Origin: Candidatus Aquidulcis sp.
GTDB taxonomy: Bacteria > Chloroflexota > Limnocylindria > Limnocylindrales > Limnocylindraceae
Length of the DNA: 64,000 nt
Reading direction: 5' to 3'
Assembly: GCA_003670455.1 (NCBI GenBank)
Contig: QWRK01000001.1
Coordinates: 15,914 to 79,913 of the forward strand
A program made the translations under genes and the position numbers. Under the pieces are notes generated by a model that saw only the letters and a list, made by a program, of their open reading frames with translations, had not been told where the DNA came from and did no database searches. The stretch's first letter is position 1, and each line of letters begins with the position of its first letter. This document shows, piece after piece, positions 61,735 to 64,000 of the stretch.

Positions 61735-62339
61735 TGCTCCTCCTCAGCGTTTGAGATTCGCGTTGCAACGCTGCCGCCAACGACCAGGATGCAGGTGAAC
61801 CCTGCGCCAATCGCCAGCGAGGTGAGTGGATCAAGTGCCCCAAAGATGGAGGTGCGCAGCAGCATGGTTCCCGCAAGCGTCACAACGGCTGCGCGCGTTG
61901 TCGCTTCAATGAAGCGACTGGTAAGGAGCGGTGGGAGGCCGACGACGAGGAGTGCGACGCCAGCGGCTCGGAGCGCGTCGCTACTTGATTCAATCGGGAG
62001 AGCGAGTGGCACGAGCCCAAGCAGGAGGCCCGCGATTGCGCTGGCGACGACGACTGGATGCTCGAGCAGTGTGCGGACAAGGGTGCGGAGGGCGAGATCA
62101 CGGCGCAGCGCCTCTCGCTCAAAGAGGTTTTCAGGGAGTGCCGCGACGAGGCCAATGCCAATTGCGGAGAGGCGCAAGATCAACCCGATGTGGTTTGGAT
62201 CTGCGACGGAGAACTCCAGCGCGCTTGAGGTCAGCGCTAGGAGCGCGATGGCGACCCATGCACCGCGACCGGCACTGGTGACCGCCAGCGTGCCCGCCAG
62301 GATGGCGATGAGGACGAGGGGCAGCTCAAGGCCGGGCAT
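61731..62339 (-). CDS. Hypothetical membrane protein (5-6 TM)
   Basis: Starts 1 nt after lepB stop; 4-nt overlap with downstream gene. Confidence 0.45.
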   Translation of the reverse strand: MPGLELPLVLIAILAGTLAVTSAGRGAWVAIALLALTSSALEFSVADPNHIGLILRLSAIGIGLVAALPENLFEREALRRDLALRTLVRTLLEHPVVVASAIAGLLLGLVPLALPIESSSDALRAAGVALLVVGLPPLLTSRFIEATTRAAVVTLAGTMLLRTSIFGALDPLTSLAIGAGFTCILVVGGSVATRISNAEEEQ

Positions 62340-62906
62340 CTAGGGTGCGGCCTGTCGGTAGGTTGGCGGCGTGATGATGGTGAGCAGGTCAATGGGGAAG
62401 TAGCGCAAGATCGCCCGCCCGATCACGCTGGTGGTAGGAATGGGGCCGTAGGCACGCGAGTCGGAAGAGTTCGATCGGTGGTCGCCGAAGACGAGGAGCT
62501 CTGTGGGTCCGAGTACCCAGCGGCCAGACTCACCGGCCCCGCCTCCGCCACCATCACGGTAGGTATAGGTCTCATCGATCGCTATCCCATTCACGCTGAC
62601 CACCCCGTCGACCAGGTCAATCGTCTCGCCAGGGAGCCCAATCACCCGCTTGATATATGGGGTGCCCGATGCGTCGGCGGGCCAGGTGCTGGGGGGTCGA
62701 AAGATCACGATGTCGCCCCGGTGGTACCCGGTGAGCGCTGCGGTGAGCTTATCGGCGAGCACGTACTGGCCAGGCTCGAGGGTTTGCCGCATTGAGCCCT
62801 GCTCGACCCGAAACGGTTGCGCCACGAAGGTCTGCAGGAGATAGAAGGCGAGGATGGTCAGCGCCACCGTCTGCACGATCTCTATGGCAAGTCTTCGGAG
62901 GCGCAT
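62340..62906 (-). CDS. lepB: Signal peptidase I
   Basis: S26 boxes 'SMRQTLEPG' (Ser box), 'YIKRVIGLPGE' (Lys box), 'GDHRSNSSDSR'. Confidence 0.85.
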   Translation of the reverse strand: MRLRRLAIEIVQTVALTILAFYLLQTFVAQPFRVEQGSMRQTLEPGQYVLADKLTAALTGYHRGDIVIFRPPSTWPADASGTPYIKRVIGLPGETIDLVDGVVSVNGIAIDETYTYRDGGGGGAGESGRWVLGPTELLVFGDHRSNSSDSRAYGPIPTTSVIGRAILRYFPIDLLTIITPPTYRQAAP

Positions 62907-62994
62907 CTTGCTGAGTATAGGCGGGGGAGGGTGTGCGGTTGACCCACGGCGGGGCCTCCCCGTACCATCACCTCACCAGGAGCCCATCCTGGCG

Positions 62995-63010
62995 GGTCGC
63001 ACATGCGACC
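62995..63010. promoter_or_regulatory. Inverted repeat GGTCGCA-CA-TGCGACC in lepB/hppA divergent intergenic region
   Basis: Read directly; ~88 nt upstream of hppA ATG. Confidence 0.3.
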
Positions 63011-63096
63011 TGCAGCCCGACAGACGCCCGACCCGAAGCGCGGTGCCAAGCACCGCGGCCACGCGACGGACTGGACGCATCGGAGGAACAAGAAGA

Positions 63097-64000
63097 ATGG
63101 AAATCACGTCGCTCATGTTGCAGGGGCTCGTGCTCCCAGCAGCAGTTATCGCAATCCTCTTCGCCTTGTGGTTGGCCAGCGATGTGCTGCGCCGCGACAA
63201 GGGGACCCCAGCAATGCAAGACGTTGCGGGCATGATCTTCGAGGGAGCTATCGCGTTCATGCGACGCCAGTACATCACCATCGGCGTGCTCTCAGTAGCG
63301 ATGGCCGTGCTGATTGGCGTGCTCATTGCGAACTTTGAAACGGCGGCCGTGGCTGACACCGAAGTCTATGGCGCAGATCTCGGCATTCGTACCGGAATCG
63401 CCTTCATCTTCGGTGCCGCCTGCTCCATGGTGTCAGGCGTCATCGGCATGTACGTCAGCGTCAAGGCAAACCTTCGCACCACCGCCGCCGCCCGCCAGGG
63501 TGTCGTCAAGGCGGTGCAGGTCGCTATGCGTGGTGGAGCCGTCTCCGGCTTCCTCGTTGCGGCGCTCTCGCTACTCGGCGTCTACGCAGTCTTCGTCTTC
63601 TTCGGTGGACTTGAGCGCCCAGCAGAGGCGCCGTTCCTGATCGTTGGCTACGGCTTCGGCGCATCGTTTGTTGCGCTCTTCGCCCAGCTCGGCGGCGGTA
63701 TCTACACCAAGGCTGCCGATGTTGGCTCCGACCTCGTCGGTAAAGTTGAGAAGGGAATCCCAGAGGATGACCCTCGCAACGCCGGCGTGATCGCCGACCT
63801 CGTGGGCGACAACGTTGGCGACTGCGCCGGCCGCGGCGCCGACCTCTTTGAGTCGACTGCCGCCGAGAACATCGGCGCCATGATCTTGGGCGTTAGCGCC
63901 TACAAAATTGCGGAGGGCATGGGCTGGGCACACCCAGAGTCGTGGATCTTCTTCCCGCTCGTGGTGCACGCCTTCGGCCTTCTGAGCACGATCGTGGCGA
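63097..64000 (+). CDS. hppA: Membrane-bound H+-translocating pyrophosphatase, 3'-partial
   Basis: Hand translation (not in ORF track) gives 'GGGIYTKAADVGSDLVGKVE...DDPRNAGVIADLVGDNVGDCAGRGADLFES', the diagnostic H+-PPase motifs; GGAGG SD 10 nt upstream. Confidence 0.9.
   Translation, partial: MEITSLMLQGLVLPAAVIAILFALWLASDVLRRDKGTPAMQDVAGMIFEGAIAFMRRQYITIGVLSVAMAVLIGVLIANFETAAVADTEVYGADLGIRTGIAFIFGAACSMVSGVIGMYVSVKANLRTTAAARQGVVKAVQVAMRGGAVSGFLVAALSLLGVYAVFVFFGGLERPAEAPFLIVGYGFGASFVALFAQLGGGIYTKAADVGSDLVGKVEKGIPEDDPRNAGVIADLVGDNVGDCAGRGADLFESTAAENIGAMILGVSAYKIAEGMGWAHPESWIFFPLVVHAFGLLSTIVA

Overview
High-GC (~65-70%) chromosomal segment with actinobacterial character (LCP protein, MsiK-like ATPase, type III pantothenate kinase CoaX, Ala/Lys/Pro-rich tail, probable leaderless genes). 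It is densely packed with about 60 housekeeping CDS and one tRNA-His that the ORF track misses.

Recognisable blocks:
- crtI-crtB carotenoid genes on the minus strand, divergent from iclR-acs. A perfect 17-bp palindrome sits between them.
- A tight minus-strand operon: TAP-like peptidase, LOG, a 64-aa Cys-rich ORF, thyX and an LCP gene. It sits next to class II RNR nrdJ, which has NrdR-box-like tandem sites upstream.
- pepA, an M23 peptidase, glgC, pncB and pepN on the plus strand.
- A five-gene peptide ABC (opp/dpp-like) operon on the minus strand.
- A CoA/pantothenate cluster: coaX-coaBC-panB-panC.
- ndk, lepB and the 5' part of an H+-pyrophosphatase at the window end.

No CRISPR, transposase, integrase or phage genes were seen.

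Most unusual locus: the minus-strand gene string 45281-49855. It encodes a 4-Cys zinc-ribbon protein, a 430-aa coiled-coil protein with an RmuC-like PD-(D/E)xK signature, a 12-TM transporter, a free-standing lipoyl-domain protein, a stand-alone 2-oxoacid dehydrogenase E2 catalytic domain with no peripheral-subunit-binding domain, and PdxH. No E1 or E3 gene is in the window.

Other points worth a second look:
- a Cys-rich micro-ORF translationally coupled to thyX;
- an orphan CcsA next to a TM/zinc-ribbon protein and a NYN RNase;
- a frameshifted MFS gene;
- a lysine/alanine-rich tail on an ABC ATPase;
- paralogous membrane-protein pairs of unknown function.

All calls rest on reading the ORF translations for family motifs, gene spacing and start/stop context. 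No database search was possible.
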